This document shows positions 49,930 to 63,137 of a stretch of 64,000 nucleotides of DNA, in pieces. The stretch is from Mizuhopecten yessoensis (lineage: Eukaryota). The first letter of the stretch is position 1. Each line of letters begins with the position of its first letter. The translations under genes and the position numbers were made by a program. The notes under the pieces are model-generated. The model was not told the origin of the DNA, searched no databases, and saw only the letters and a program-made list of their open reading frames with translations. The stretch spans positions 220,215 through 284,214 of the forward strand of contig NW_018403955.1 in assembly GCF_002113885.1 (NCBI RefSeq). The letters are read 5' to 3'.

Positions 49930-51510
49930 GGTCACTTTCAACTGTATAACTCCAATGATACAAGCCTCTCGGATTTGACCCTCCATAGTCACCCTAATCT
50001 GTGTAACTCCAATGATACAAGCCTCTCGGATTTGACCCTCTATAGTCACCCTAATCTGTGTAACCCAGATGATACCGGACTCTCGGATTTGACCATCCAT
50101 AGTCACCCTAATCTGTGTAACCCCGATGATCCCAGCCTCTCGGATTTGACCCTCTATAGTCCCCCTAATCTGTATACCCCCAATGATACAAGCCTCTCGG
50201 ATTTGACCCTCCATAGTTACCCTAATCTGTGTAACCCCGATGAAACAAGCCTCTCAGATTTGACCATCCATAGTCACGCTAATCTGTGTAACCCCGATGA
50301 TACAAGCCTCTGGGATTTGACCATCCATAGTCACCCTAATCTGTGTAACCCCGCTGATACTAGCCTCTCGGATTTGACCCTCTATAGTCACCCTAATCTG
50401 TGGAACCCAGATGATACCGGACTCTCGGATTTGACCATCCATAGTCCCCCTAATCTGTGTAACCCCGATGATACAAGCCTCTCGGATTTGCCCCTCCATA
50501 GTCACCCTAATCTGTGTAACCCCGATGATCCCAGCCTCTCGGATTTAACCATCCATAGTCCCCCTAATCTGTGTAACCCCGATGATACAAGCCTCTGGGA
50601 TTTGACCATCCATAGTCACCCTAATCTGTGTACCCCCGCTGATACTAGCCTCTCGGATTTGACCCTCTATAGTCACCCTAATCTGTATAACTCCAATGAT
50701 ACTAGCCTCTCGGGTTTGACCCTCCATAGTCACCCTAATCTGTGTAACCCCAATGATACAAGCCTCTCGGATTTGACCCTCCATAGTCACCCTAATCTGT
50801 GTAACCCCAATGATACAAGCCTCTCAGATTTGCCCATCCATAGTCACCCTAATCTGTGTAACCCCGCTGATACTAGCCTCTCGGATTTGACCCTCTATAG
50901 TCACCCTAATCTGTGTAACCCCGATGATACAAGCCTCTCAGATTTGACCATCCATAGTCACGCTAATCTGTGTAACCCCGATGATACAAGCCTCTCGGAT
51001 TTGCCCCTCCATAGTCACCCTAATCTGTGTAACCCCGATGATCCCAGCCTCACGGATTTAACCATCCATAGTCACCCTAATCTGTGTAACCCCGCTGATA
51101 CTAGCCTCTCGGATTTGACCCTCCATAGTCACCCTAATCTGTATAACCCCGATGATACAAGCCTCTCGGATTTGACCCTCCATAGTTACCCTAATCTGTG
51201 TCACACCGATGATACCAGCCTCTCGGATTTGACCCTCCATAGTCACCCTAATCTGTATAACTCCAATGATACTAGCCTCTCGGGTTTGACCCTCCATAGT
51301 CACCCTAATCTGTGTAACTCCAATGATACCAGCCTCTCGGATTTGACCATCCATAGTCACCCTCAAATGTGTAACCCCAATGATACCGGACTCTCGGATT
51401 TGACCCTCCATAGTCACCTTAATCCGTATAACTTCCAAGATACCAGCCTCTCGGGTTTGACCCTCCATAGTCACCCTCAAATGTGTAACCCCAATGATAC
51501 CGGACTCTCG
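49930..51510. repeat. 57-bp minisatellite, ~27 copies, no apparent indels
   Basis: Unit ctctcggatttgaccctccatagtcaccctaatctgtgtaaccccgatgatacaagc. Confidence 0.97.
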
Positions 51511-52619
51511 TCTTGTTTTGTGCCATTTTTATCAATTCCTAAAATATAACTGTTATTCGTTACGAAACCAAGAATGTACATCCCTGTTTATCAAAAGACT
51601 GCCTATCGTCGTTAAAATTTGGAAGAACGGCAGGGCAATTCTAACATCACAAATGGAAATGACCACTGTTTGCTATTTTTCACGCTATATTGTTGTCCGA
51701 CTGTACAAGAAACTTTATTCTCACGACTGGAGAGTTTCGTGTGAAACGACAAGTAAAATTTAACAGTAAATAGGTAATACTACAAGTGTTTATTTGACGT
51801 GTGGTGTTATAAAGGATCTTGATTGGTCGATTACTGACGCTTCTTAATTTTATTATTACAATGTAAAACGTAAAGCCTCGAACCTTCCTGTACGATGTAG
51901 CATGTTGATGTTCAAACGTTATTCGTTCATACGTATGTTTCAGTGTTCCTAATGTAGTAGGCACTTTTGGTACTGACGGTTACCTAACAAGCGATATGAA
52001 GTTTGGCGGCTTTATTTACACATTAAAGTGTATCATGGAGTGTGCACTCTCCCGCGACCTCAGTATGTGGGTCAGTCAGCATCACATCAGAACACAGGCG
52101 ATCAAAACCTGATTAGTTCATCCACAATAAACCCTTCCTTTCGTCTGGTACATTTCAAAATATACTGCTATTTGAAGCTAAAAATAAATTCCCAGACCTT
52201 CGAAAATATAGACGATAAAATGTGTAAATTTTTATTATTACTCTCAATTTTTTTTTATACATTTCGAAAACGACTCGTTAAGCTAACCAGTGTGTGATGA
52301 GTTGTGCCCTCGCCGACGATCACATCAGTGTGACCCAGCGATACAGACGATAGATTTAACAGATCAATGTTCGCCGGAATTATAATGTAGTGCAGTGACG
52401 GCCCCTTAGTTTCTTATTTGGAAAATGACCTTGCGCATCTTGAATTTTACGACCTCATATTAAGGTTTTCAATTGTAATTATAATAATCAGATTTGTACA
52501 TTGTATATTATGTTAAGTTTTTAAAGGTAAATTTTTTACTTCGAATGTGACTGTTCTTTTGTCAATTTTGTAGAGTTTTTGCAGACTCGACTTCAATTTT
52601 GAGAAACAGAGAAATCAAA

Positions 52620-55089
52620 CAACACATTTTCTTTAATTTTTTATTAAGTTCTCTGATACTGTACTTTCAATGTACATGTACCTTTACACATTCCCTGACA
52701 AAACATCATACATTCAACCATGTCCCTTAACTCATTCACCCCTGAAATTTTATAATGAACTATTCCAACCTTTAAATTGAATGAGTTTAAATGCATCTTC
52801 AGGGGTGAATGAGTTAACAAACAAACACCAACAGTCTAAATGCGATGAAGATTAAATGACCAGCCTTATGTTTGTGACTCTTGAAAAAACCGGCCAGATT
52901 GGAAAGTATCAACTTTCTGGCTGAAATAAATTACAGGTTAATTGGAAGTACAACTGGTTTTGCTAAGATCATGAAAAATATCAATGTACATACAAGAAAT
53001 TAAATTAACCAGATAAAGGAGGTTCATAAAACTTCAAACTAAGTGTATAAGTGACTTTTGTGTTGTCATTGTAAAAGACTGAAAGTGTTGACCTGAAAAT
53101 ATCTGAAATCTTTGAGATACAACTGATTATGCTGCTAGGAAAATAATGGCACATTTTCCTTAAAAATCTTTCATAAAATAAACTAACTTAAAATACAGTT
53201 CCAGGATTGATTGGTTAAGTCAATTCTTAAAAATAAAACTAGAAATCAACTAGTGTTAACCCAAACCAATGTTCAAACCCTCAATAATAGTAAAATGCAA
53301 ATGTCTTGCTATAAAATTTAAAACATTAACATTTTTGTTTCTTTTAAACTACAACACTGCCATGCTTATAGATGGCTGTAAAATCTAATGAAGATGAAAT
53401 TGTTCCAATGAGGTATAAGCCTTATGATCACTTAAGTCAATCCCTATATTATTGGAGTAAAAGATTTATTGACAATTATTCACTTAACAGACTGCTGCAA
53501 CTGGCCATAAAAACGTCTCGTTAAATGTAAATGAAAGCAAATATCTTTGAAACAGAAATGAGGGGTAACCAGTAATTCTTGAAGGGATGAATACATTAAA
53601 AAAAAGGGAGACTAAAACATTCATTTGTTCCCACAATAATTGTTTCCAGTGACAATCCTAAAGATTATGGCAGTTTTGGTGAAGATAAGTTTACATCCAC
53701 ATCTAATGAATCAACAAAAAAAACATATAGCACCAAAATTATTGACTTGATGAAACACTGATTGATTTATAACTTGGGACAATACACGATGACTGGCAGC
53801 CGTAGTAATGTATGTATATGAAGTATGGGGACTATGGAGACTGAAAAGGATGTACAATGAAAGTGAGAAAACCAGATGTCGAATAGTCTGATCTTTTCCC
53901 AGGGACACTTAGGTAGTGTAGGTCAGAAAGTCCACAATATTCAGTCTTTTATTGATCAACAATTATATATTAATACTTGTGGTGTTATTTTGTGGAAACA
54001 AGTTTTCTTCTCTACGCCACATTTTGTTTGTTGCCAGAGTATTTTTGCCAGCAAAACAACAACTCAATATCAGGATATTATATATATATATAAAAGGGGA
54101 AGAAAAAAATAAATTAAAAACGTGTATGCAAGAAAATTATTAACAACATGGCAAGCTCTCTGCCTGGTAAACTTTACATTAAATTAGTGAACATGTTCTC
54201 AGGTTGTGTTACCCACAGAGCAAAACCGAGACGATTCAAACACCGTACTTCATGTGTGAATCACATTAATCACAAAGTTTATGTCAGCAAATGTAACAAG
54301 TCAAGAATTGCACCTGGCAGTAGAAACCCTTTCATATAATGGACACACAGCACAGACATCATATGGTTGAACGAACAGTAAAACATTTGATGGTAACAGG
54401 CATCGGTGGCATGTTGAACATCTACACTACCACTACAAGTTTCTATCACACAATGTACTTCTAAATTATTAACCTTCATTTGTCAACTGGCATATTTCTT
54501 TTGCAACGAATATTATTTTTTTAAACTGGATTCTTTTAAATACTTTTGTAAAATAACAAGTTTGATTCTATCTAACGAGTTTATATGAATGATTTGCATA
54601 CAATATTCTCTACCACTGACAATACAAATTGACAAATATACCACAACAGCTTTGCCATTATCAAGAGATTCAAATATGTATTGTCAAATATCTTCTATAT
54701 GTGCTTATCCAAATTAACAAAATGTTTCATTAGAAAATAGCCAACGCTGTTTCTGTCAAAAGTAAACTTTTTTCTGTATGATTAACCTTGTATGGCATCG
54801 ACAAAACCAGTTCTCTGGAATGCCATATGGCAGCAATGAAACAGTGTTTTTAATAATCCCCTGCCTCCCTTACTCTGACACCTTACTCTGACAATGATTA
54901 TGTGTCATGACATCCGTATATAAAGTTCTGTCTGATGTACTGATGGGTGCAAATTGTGTGGGCTCTGTCCTGGTTGACTTTGTTTACATTTTGACACTGT
55001 AATACTTTGGCACAACATGTGACACTCTATGTCAGTGTGTCAGATGAGCCTTATACACAACATGTGGTCACGAAAAACATGTACAGTCT
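52620..55089 (-). other. Probable FZR1 3' UTR (~2.4 kb)
   Basis: Follows the stop; minus-strand AATAAA near 52640 followed by U/GU-rich sequence. The end point is inferred and earlier signals exist. Confidence 0.4.
52727..52817. mobile_element. TTAA-flanked MITE (83 bp between TTAA sites) with perfect 16-bp TIR
   Basis: TTAA|CTCATTCACCCCTGAA ... TTCAGGGGTGAATGAG|TTAA. Confidence 0.82.
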
Positions 55090-55131
55090 TCAACGGATTC
55101 GTGTGAAGAGATTCAACACTGACTTTGATTC
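55090..55131 (-). CDS. FZR1: FZR1 last coding exon ESKSVLNLFTRIR* (IR tail)
   Basis: ttttgcag| acceptor; ends in the Ile-Arg tail that docks co-activators on the APC/C; TGA at 55092-55090. Confidence 0.93.
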   Translation of the reverse strand, partial: ESKSVLNLFTRIR

Positions 55132-55631
55132 CTGCAAAAGATAAAAAGACTTTTGTTGAATTCTGTGAAACACAAGAGCTTCTTAAAACGAAGTACATTA
55201 ATAGTATATCCTTGTAATTTTATACTGCACATTGAAGACAACAATTCAAATTTAAACATCATATTAAGAGACCCAATCACACCATATTTCAAGGCTCTTC
55301 ATTCGAGTTTCTTTAATTGGCTACAGTGTGACTATATACCAAGGTACAATGTACTACTGCGAAGGTACTTATATAATAGTTATAAAACAAGGTGATTTTT
55401 CACATTAAATCAAAACATTTCCAATATTATAACAACTGCAATCAGAAAATCACAGTAATCCTGCATGTTATGAGATAATTTTAGAGCTGGGTCATGATAT
55501 TTCCAGTATTACTTCCAAATAATAATACATGTATGGTGTGATACGTACAATTTAGGAATACTTGTACAGAATATGTAATGAATGAGCAAATTGTAAGTAA
55601 ATTCCAAAACTAAAACTTGATTCAGGTTTAC

Positions 55632-55724
55632 CTTAGTTGACCTTGTTTTGCTGAAAACATTCCAGAAGCGTAGAGTTTCGTCCCCAGCACCTGTTACTAT
55701 TGCCTCTCCATCTGGTGACATCGC
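55632..55724 (-). CDS. FZR1: Fizzy-related protein (Cdh1, APC/C co-activator), penultimate exon AMSPDGEAIVTGAGDETLRFWNVFSKTRSTK
   Basis: Matches the metazoan FZR1 last WD40 repeat; taccag| and |gtaaac; 93 nt, phase 0-0. Confidence 0.95.
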
Positions 55725-56408
55725 CTGGTAAGAACAAATCATGCAGGTTTCTTCATTAATTGGTTGACACAAATTTTATGTACACAATATACATATTAAA
55801 GATATAAGAAATCTTTTGGTTAGTTTACAAGTTATATCTAAAAGCATGGATGAAATGATTTGTCAATGGATGAAATGATTTGTCAATGGTAAATACAGGA
55901 CTGAGGTATAAATTAGTTTTTAACCTATTTTTATATGCTGTTGTTGATCTACTACCTCATGGCTACTTAACCTAAATGATGAAAAGATGTGAAACATATT
56001 AATACTCTAAGAGTACAACCTAGTTTTATTGCGACAGACTAGACCTACTGACATAAACCATGTCAGCAGATACACATCTCCAGCCCTTAAACACACAATT
56101 TCACTATCTGACATCGATCTAGATAACATTGCAAGTCTAATTGGTTGTGATGGTGTTAAGAAACAAATGATGTTTCAACAGCATATTAATATGACCCATT
56201 AATCAAGGTACAATTTGTCAGTGCTGTAATGCTGTAGTCCTCAGGCTAATGATGTGGCTGGTGTGTGATGGGGTAATGTGATCCCTTCTGGCTGTGGCTG
56301 GGAACGACAGCTAACATAGATACATATCTGGTAAGTGTACAGAAGCAGTCAGCTGGCTACCAGCTGATCTACAGCCTGGGATGGACCAGTTCAACCATGG
56401 GGGCTTCT

Positions 56409-56515
56409 TTTAACTCCACAAAGTACTGGGGGCATCAATTAACTCCATAAAGTACTGGGGGCATCTATTAACTCCACAAAGTACTGGGGGCATCTATTAA
56501 CTCCACAAAGTACTT
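56409..56515. repeat. 29-bp tandem repeat, ~3.5 copies, abutting the large 28-bp array
   Basis: ttaactccacaaagtactgggggcatcta repeated. Confidence 0.88.
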
Positions 56516-59500
56516 GGGACACCACTATCACCAAACACTTCTGAGGGCACCACTATCACCACACACTACTGAGGGCACCACTATCACCCCACACTACAGG
56601 TGGCACCACTATCACCACACTGGGGGCACCACTATCACCCCACACACTACATGGGACATTGCTATCACCACACACTACAGGGGGCATTACTATCACCACA
56701 CACTACAGGGGGCACCACTATCACTACACACTACAATGGGCACCACTATCACTACACACTACAGGGGGCACCACTATCACCACACACTACAGGGGGCACC
56801 ACTATCACCATACACTTCAGGGGGCACCACTATCACCACACACTACAGGGGGCACCACTTTCACCACACACTACGAGGGACATCGTTACCACCACACACT
56901 ACAAGGGACACCACTATCACCACACACTACAGGGGACAATGTTATCACCACACACTACAAGGGACACCACTTTCACCACACACTACAGGGGGCATTAATA
57001 TCACCACACACTACAGGGGACACTGTTATCACCACACACTACAAGGGACACCGTTATCACCACACACTACAAGGGACACTGCTATCACCACACACTACAA
57101 GGGACACCACTTTCACCACGCACTACAGGGGGCATTAATATCACCACACACTACAGGGGGCATTGCTATCACCGCACACTACAGGGGGCACCACTATCCT
57201 CCGACACTACAGGGGGGACCACTATCACCACACACTATGAGGGAAATCGCTTTCACCACACACTACAAGGGACACCACTATCACCACACACTACAGGGGA
57301 CATTATATCACCCACACTACAGGGGGCATTACTATCACCCCAAACTACAAGGGGCACCACTATCCTCCGACACTACAGGGGGGACCACTATCACCACACA
57401 CTACAGGGGGCACCACTATCACCCAACACTACAGGAGGCACCACTCATTACTATCACCCCAAACTACAAGGGGCACCCCTATCCTCCCACACTACAGGGG
57501 CACCACTATCACTACACACTATAGGGGGCACCACTATTACTACACACTACAGGGGGCACAACTATCACTACACACTACAGGGGGCACAACTATCACTACA
57601 CACTACAGGGGTCACCACTATCACTACACACTATAGGGGGCACCACTATTACTACACACTACAGGGGGCACCACTATCACCACACACTACAGGGGACATA
57701 TCACCCACACTACAGGGGGCATAACTATCACCCCAAACTACAAGGGGCACCACTATCCTCCCACACTACAGGGGGACCACTATCACCACACACTACAGGG
57801 GGCACCACTATCACTACTCACTACAGGGGGCACCACTATCAACACACACTACAGGGGACATACCACCCACACTCCAGGGGGCATAACTATCACCACAAAC
57901 TACAAGGGGCACCACTATCACTACTCACTACGAGGGACATCGTTATCACCTAACACTTCAAGGGACACTGTTATCCCCCCAAACTACAAGGGGCACCGCT
58001 ATCACTTCACACTACAGGGGGCACCCCTATCACTACACACTACAGGAGGCACCACGGGGGACACTGTTATCACCACACAGAACAAGGGACACCGTTATCA
58101 CCGCAAACTACAAGGGACAATGTTATCACCACACTCTACAAGGGACACTGTTATTTCCACACAGTACTGGGGACATTACTATCAACACACACTACAGGGG
58201 ACATTATATCACCCCACATTACAACACTACAGGGGGCACCAGTATCACTACACACTACGAGGGCCATCGTTATCACCTAACACTTCAAGGGCCACTGTTA
58301 TCACCCCAAACTACAAGGGGCACCACTATCACTACACACCACAGGGGGCACCACTATCCCCACACACTACAGGGGGCAGCACTTTCACCACACACTACGA
58401 GGGACATCGTTATCACCTAACACTTCAAGGGACATCGTTATTACCTAAAATTTCAAGGGTCACTGTTATCACCCTAAACTACAAGGGGCACCACTATCAC
58501 TACTCACTACAGGGGGCACCACTATCAACACACACTACATGGGACACTGTTATCACCACACACCACAAGGGGCACCACTATCCTCCGACACTACAGGGGG
58601 CACCACTATAACCCCACACTACAGGGGGCGCCACTATCACCCAACACTACAGGAGGCACCACTATCACTACACACCACAGGGGGCACCACTATCCCCACA
58701 CACTACAGGGGGCATTACTATCACCACACACTACACGGGGCTCCGCTATCACTACACACTACAGGCGGCACTACTATCACTACACACTACATGGGGCGCC
58801 ACTATCACTACACACTACAGGCGGCACTACTATCACTACACACTACATGGGGCGCCACTATCACTACACACTACATGGGGCGCCACTATCACTACACACT
58901 ACATGGGGCGCCACTATCACTACACACTACGACACACTACAGGGGGCACCCCTATCACTACACACTACAGGGGACCCCACTATCACCACACACTACATGG
59001 GACACTGTTATCACCACACAGAACAAGGGACACCGTTATCACCACCCACTACAAGGGACACCGTTATCACTACACAGTACAAGGGACACCACTATCACCA
59101 CCCACTACAGGGGACATATCACCCACACTACACGGGGCATCACTATCACCCCAAACTACAAGCGGCACCACTATCCTCCGACACTACAGGGGGGACCACT
59201 AACACCACACACTACAGGGGGCAGCACTTTCACCACACACTACAGCTACAGGGGGCACCACTATCACCCAACCCTACAGGAGGCACCACTATCACTACAC
59301 ACTACAGGCGGCACTACTATCACTACACACTACAGGCGGCACTACTATCACTACACACTACATGGGGCGCCACTATCACTACACACTACGAGGGACATCG
59401 TGATCTCCTAACACTTCAAGGGACATCGTTACAGGGGACAATGTTATCACCACACACTACGAGGGACATCGTTATCACCACACACTACAACGGACACCGT

Positions 59501-61390
59501 TATCACCACACACTACAGGGGGCAGCACTTTCACCACACACTACAGGGGACAATGTTATCACCACACACTACCAGGGACACTGTTATCACCACACAGTAC
59601 TTGTGACCCCGTTATCACCACACAGTACAAGGGCATCGTTATCACCTAACACTTCACCACACACTACAGGGGACAATGTTATCACCACACACTACCAGGG
59701 ACACTGTGATCGCCACACAGTACAAGGGACACCACTATCACCACACACTACAATGGGCACCGCTATCACTACACACTACAGGGGACACCACTATCACCAC
59801 ACACTACAGGGGGCACCACTTTCACCACACACTACAAGGGACACTGTTATCACCACACACTACAAGGGACAATGTTATCACCACACACTACAAGGGACAC
59901 CACTTTCACCACACACTACAGGGGGCACCTCTTTCACCACACACTACAGGGGGCACCACTTTCACCACACACTACAGGGGGCACTACTATCACCACACAC
60001 TACAGGGGGCACCACTTTGACCACACACTACAAGGGACACTGTTATTTCCACACAGTACTGGGGACATTACTATCAACACACACTACATGGGACACTGTT
60101 ATCACCACACACTACAAGGGACAATGTTATCACCACACACTACAAGGGACACTGTTATCACCACACAGTACAAGGGACACCGTTATCACCACACACTACA
60201 AGGGACACTGTTATCACCACACACTACAGTACTGGGGACATTACTATCAACACACACTACATGGGACACTGTTATCACCACACACCACAAGGGACAATGT
60301 TATCACCACACACTACAAGGGACACCACTTTCACCACACACTACAGGGGGCATTAATGTCACCACACACTACAGGGGACACTGTTATCACCACACACTAC
60401 ATGGGACACTGTTATCACCTCAAACTACAGGGGACACTGTTATCACCACACACTACAAGGGACACCGTTATCACGACACACTACAAGGGACACTGTTATC
60501 ACCACACAGTACTTGTGACACCATTATCACCACACACTACAAGGGACACTGTTATCACCACACAGTACAAGGGACACCGTTATCACCACACACTACAAGG
60601 GACACTGTTATCACCACACAGTACTTGTGACACCGTTATCACCACACACTACAACGGACACTGTTATCACCACACAGAACAAGGGACACCGTTATCACCA
60701 CACAGTACAAGGGACACCGTTATCACCACACACTACAAGGGACACTGTTATCACCACACAGTACAAGGGACACCGTTATCACCACACACTACAAGGGACA
60801 CTGTTATCACCACACAGTACAAGGGACACCGTTATCACCACACACTACAAGGGACACTGTTATCACCACACAGTACAAGGGACACCGTTATCACCACACA
60901 CTACAAGGGACACTGTTATCACCACACAGTACAAGGGACACCGTTATCACCACACACTACAAGGGACACTGTTATCACCACACAGTACAAGGGACACCGT
61001 TATCACCACACACTACAAGGGACACTGTTATCACCACACAGTACAAGGGACACCGTTATCACCACACACTACAAGGGACACTGTTATCACCACACAGTAC
61101 AAGGGACACCGTTATCACCACACACTACAAGGGACACTGTTATCACCACACAGTACAAGGGACACCGTTATCACCACACACTACAAGGGACACTGTTATC
61201 ACCACACAGTACTTGTGACACCGTTATCACCACACACTACAACGGACACCGTTATCACCACACACTACAAGGGACACTGTTATCACCACACACTACAAGG
61301 GACAATGTTATCACCACACACTACAAGGGACAATGTTATCACCACACACTACAAGGGACACTGTTATCACCTCACAGTACTGGGGACAAT
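56516..61390. repeat. ~28-bp minisatellite, ~170 copies, in FZR1 intron
   Basis: Units cacacactacagggggcaccactatcac (left) and cacacactacaagggacactgttatcac (right). Confidence 0.97.
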
Positions 61391-63137
61391 TACACTTTTA
61401 CACATAGTGTGTTGTATGAGATACCTGTTATAGTGGTCAAGTACACCTTTAAATATACGATGTGTGATACAGAATACAAACTACATATTGGTTTAGTTCA
61501 TCTTCATACATAAACATAGAGTAAGGTATGTAAATACCCCATACAGTGGTCCAATTCATGATCACCTTCACACATAATCATCGAGTTTGGGGTGTGGATA
61601 CCCCATACAGTGGTCCAATTCACCTTGCTATTTACAACAAGGCATGAAGTGCACCATTCTAGACATGTGTCCTATAGCTCCCTCAATAAATGAGATGGGC
61701 TACATAGATTAGCCAGTAAGAGGACTACTAATGGCAAGACAGTTCAGTGATATACACACACATGTTTGTTTAAAATGATAAATCACATATGATGCAGGCA
61801 ATTGACAAGCTACAGATTTTCATCTCAGCTGGAGTCGTTGGTGCACTTCACAGGCAGAAAATAACAAATGTTAGTGCGTAAATGCATCTAAAAATCCCAT
61901 CAAACAGAACATATTTTTGATCCTAAAAACTGTGGGTTTTTTCATGTGAAATATTTTATGTTATGTTTGAGAGACCAGACACTTAATTACGCAGTAATAT
62001 ATCAAATTAACTTTGGCAATTATAAAACAATCAATGACTGATCATTGATTAATCATAATCGCATAATTAAAAAAGAAATAAAATATAAGTATTCACTAAA
62101 ATGGAAAACTTGTGGTAGATCTTTTTTCAAACTATATACAAAGTGTTATTATAGTGCAGTTTGGCAAAAACTATAAGGTAAATTGTTCTTTTGAGAAACT
62201 AGGTGTGCTCCATATCTCAAAAACTTGTGGAAGTATTTATGTTATAGTCAAACCATGACTGATCAAAGAAAATCATGATCAATTAGTCAGAAAAACTGGA
62301 TGAATTAGTTCATGATCATTCCAAACAACCTCGTATCAGATACATTTTATATGCATCATGATGATTTTAATGGGTAAATTTTCGATCTCACTTCAAAAAT
62401 TTCTCTAGTCACCTTATTAGCATTCAAGCGATAGACAGTACAAGTTGTGTCATACAAGTGTTACCGAGGCAGCAATTTTACAAAATGAGCCAGGACTACA
62501 TATCTGTTCAATGAAATAACTTATTCTTACAAACCAGAAAATAATGTAACATCCTCCCTGTCTTTCACATGGACAGTTTACTGGAGAAATGTGGTGCGTT
62601 AACATGTTCTTTTATCACATTTTTGTGCCCACCACACAGTTTATTTCTAGAACCAACTAAACAAATTGGCCAAAAGCTTTGCTTTCATTCCAATTCCAGG
62701 TCACACTTTTGTTCAAGCTGAAGTGTTGTATGATTAAGTGTAAGAGTACCAGTAAACACTATATAAAACATATAATTGGATGAAAAGTATTGATTTTTTT
62801 TGGACAACTCTTGATATCAAATTTACCAGCCTGGATGGACCTTGATCTGGAGATCCTGTACACTCCTGATTGTGTAAAGAAATACTATACCTACATTTTG
62901 ATTCATAATTGGTTAATCTACAACTGTACTATTAAGATATCAATATTGAAACATGACAAAGGCATTCAGTATAATGTGAATATTCCTGCCATCATAACCA
63001 AAATCCAGTACCATATACATATACAATACTTACAAAAAATATATAAATATTATTATTATATGTTTCTCAAAATTCCCTTTTGAAAATTAACATTAACAAC
63101 TTGTATACCAAATAACCAAGCCCATATCTGGTATCTT

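Noticed and set aside
56514-61513. His/Thr-rich ORFs up to 888 aa resembling mucin or histidine-rich proteins
   Set aside because: The 28-bp period cycles through all frames, and the ORFs are antisense within an FZR1 intron.
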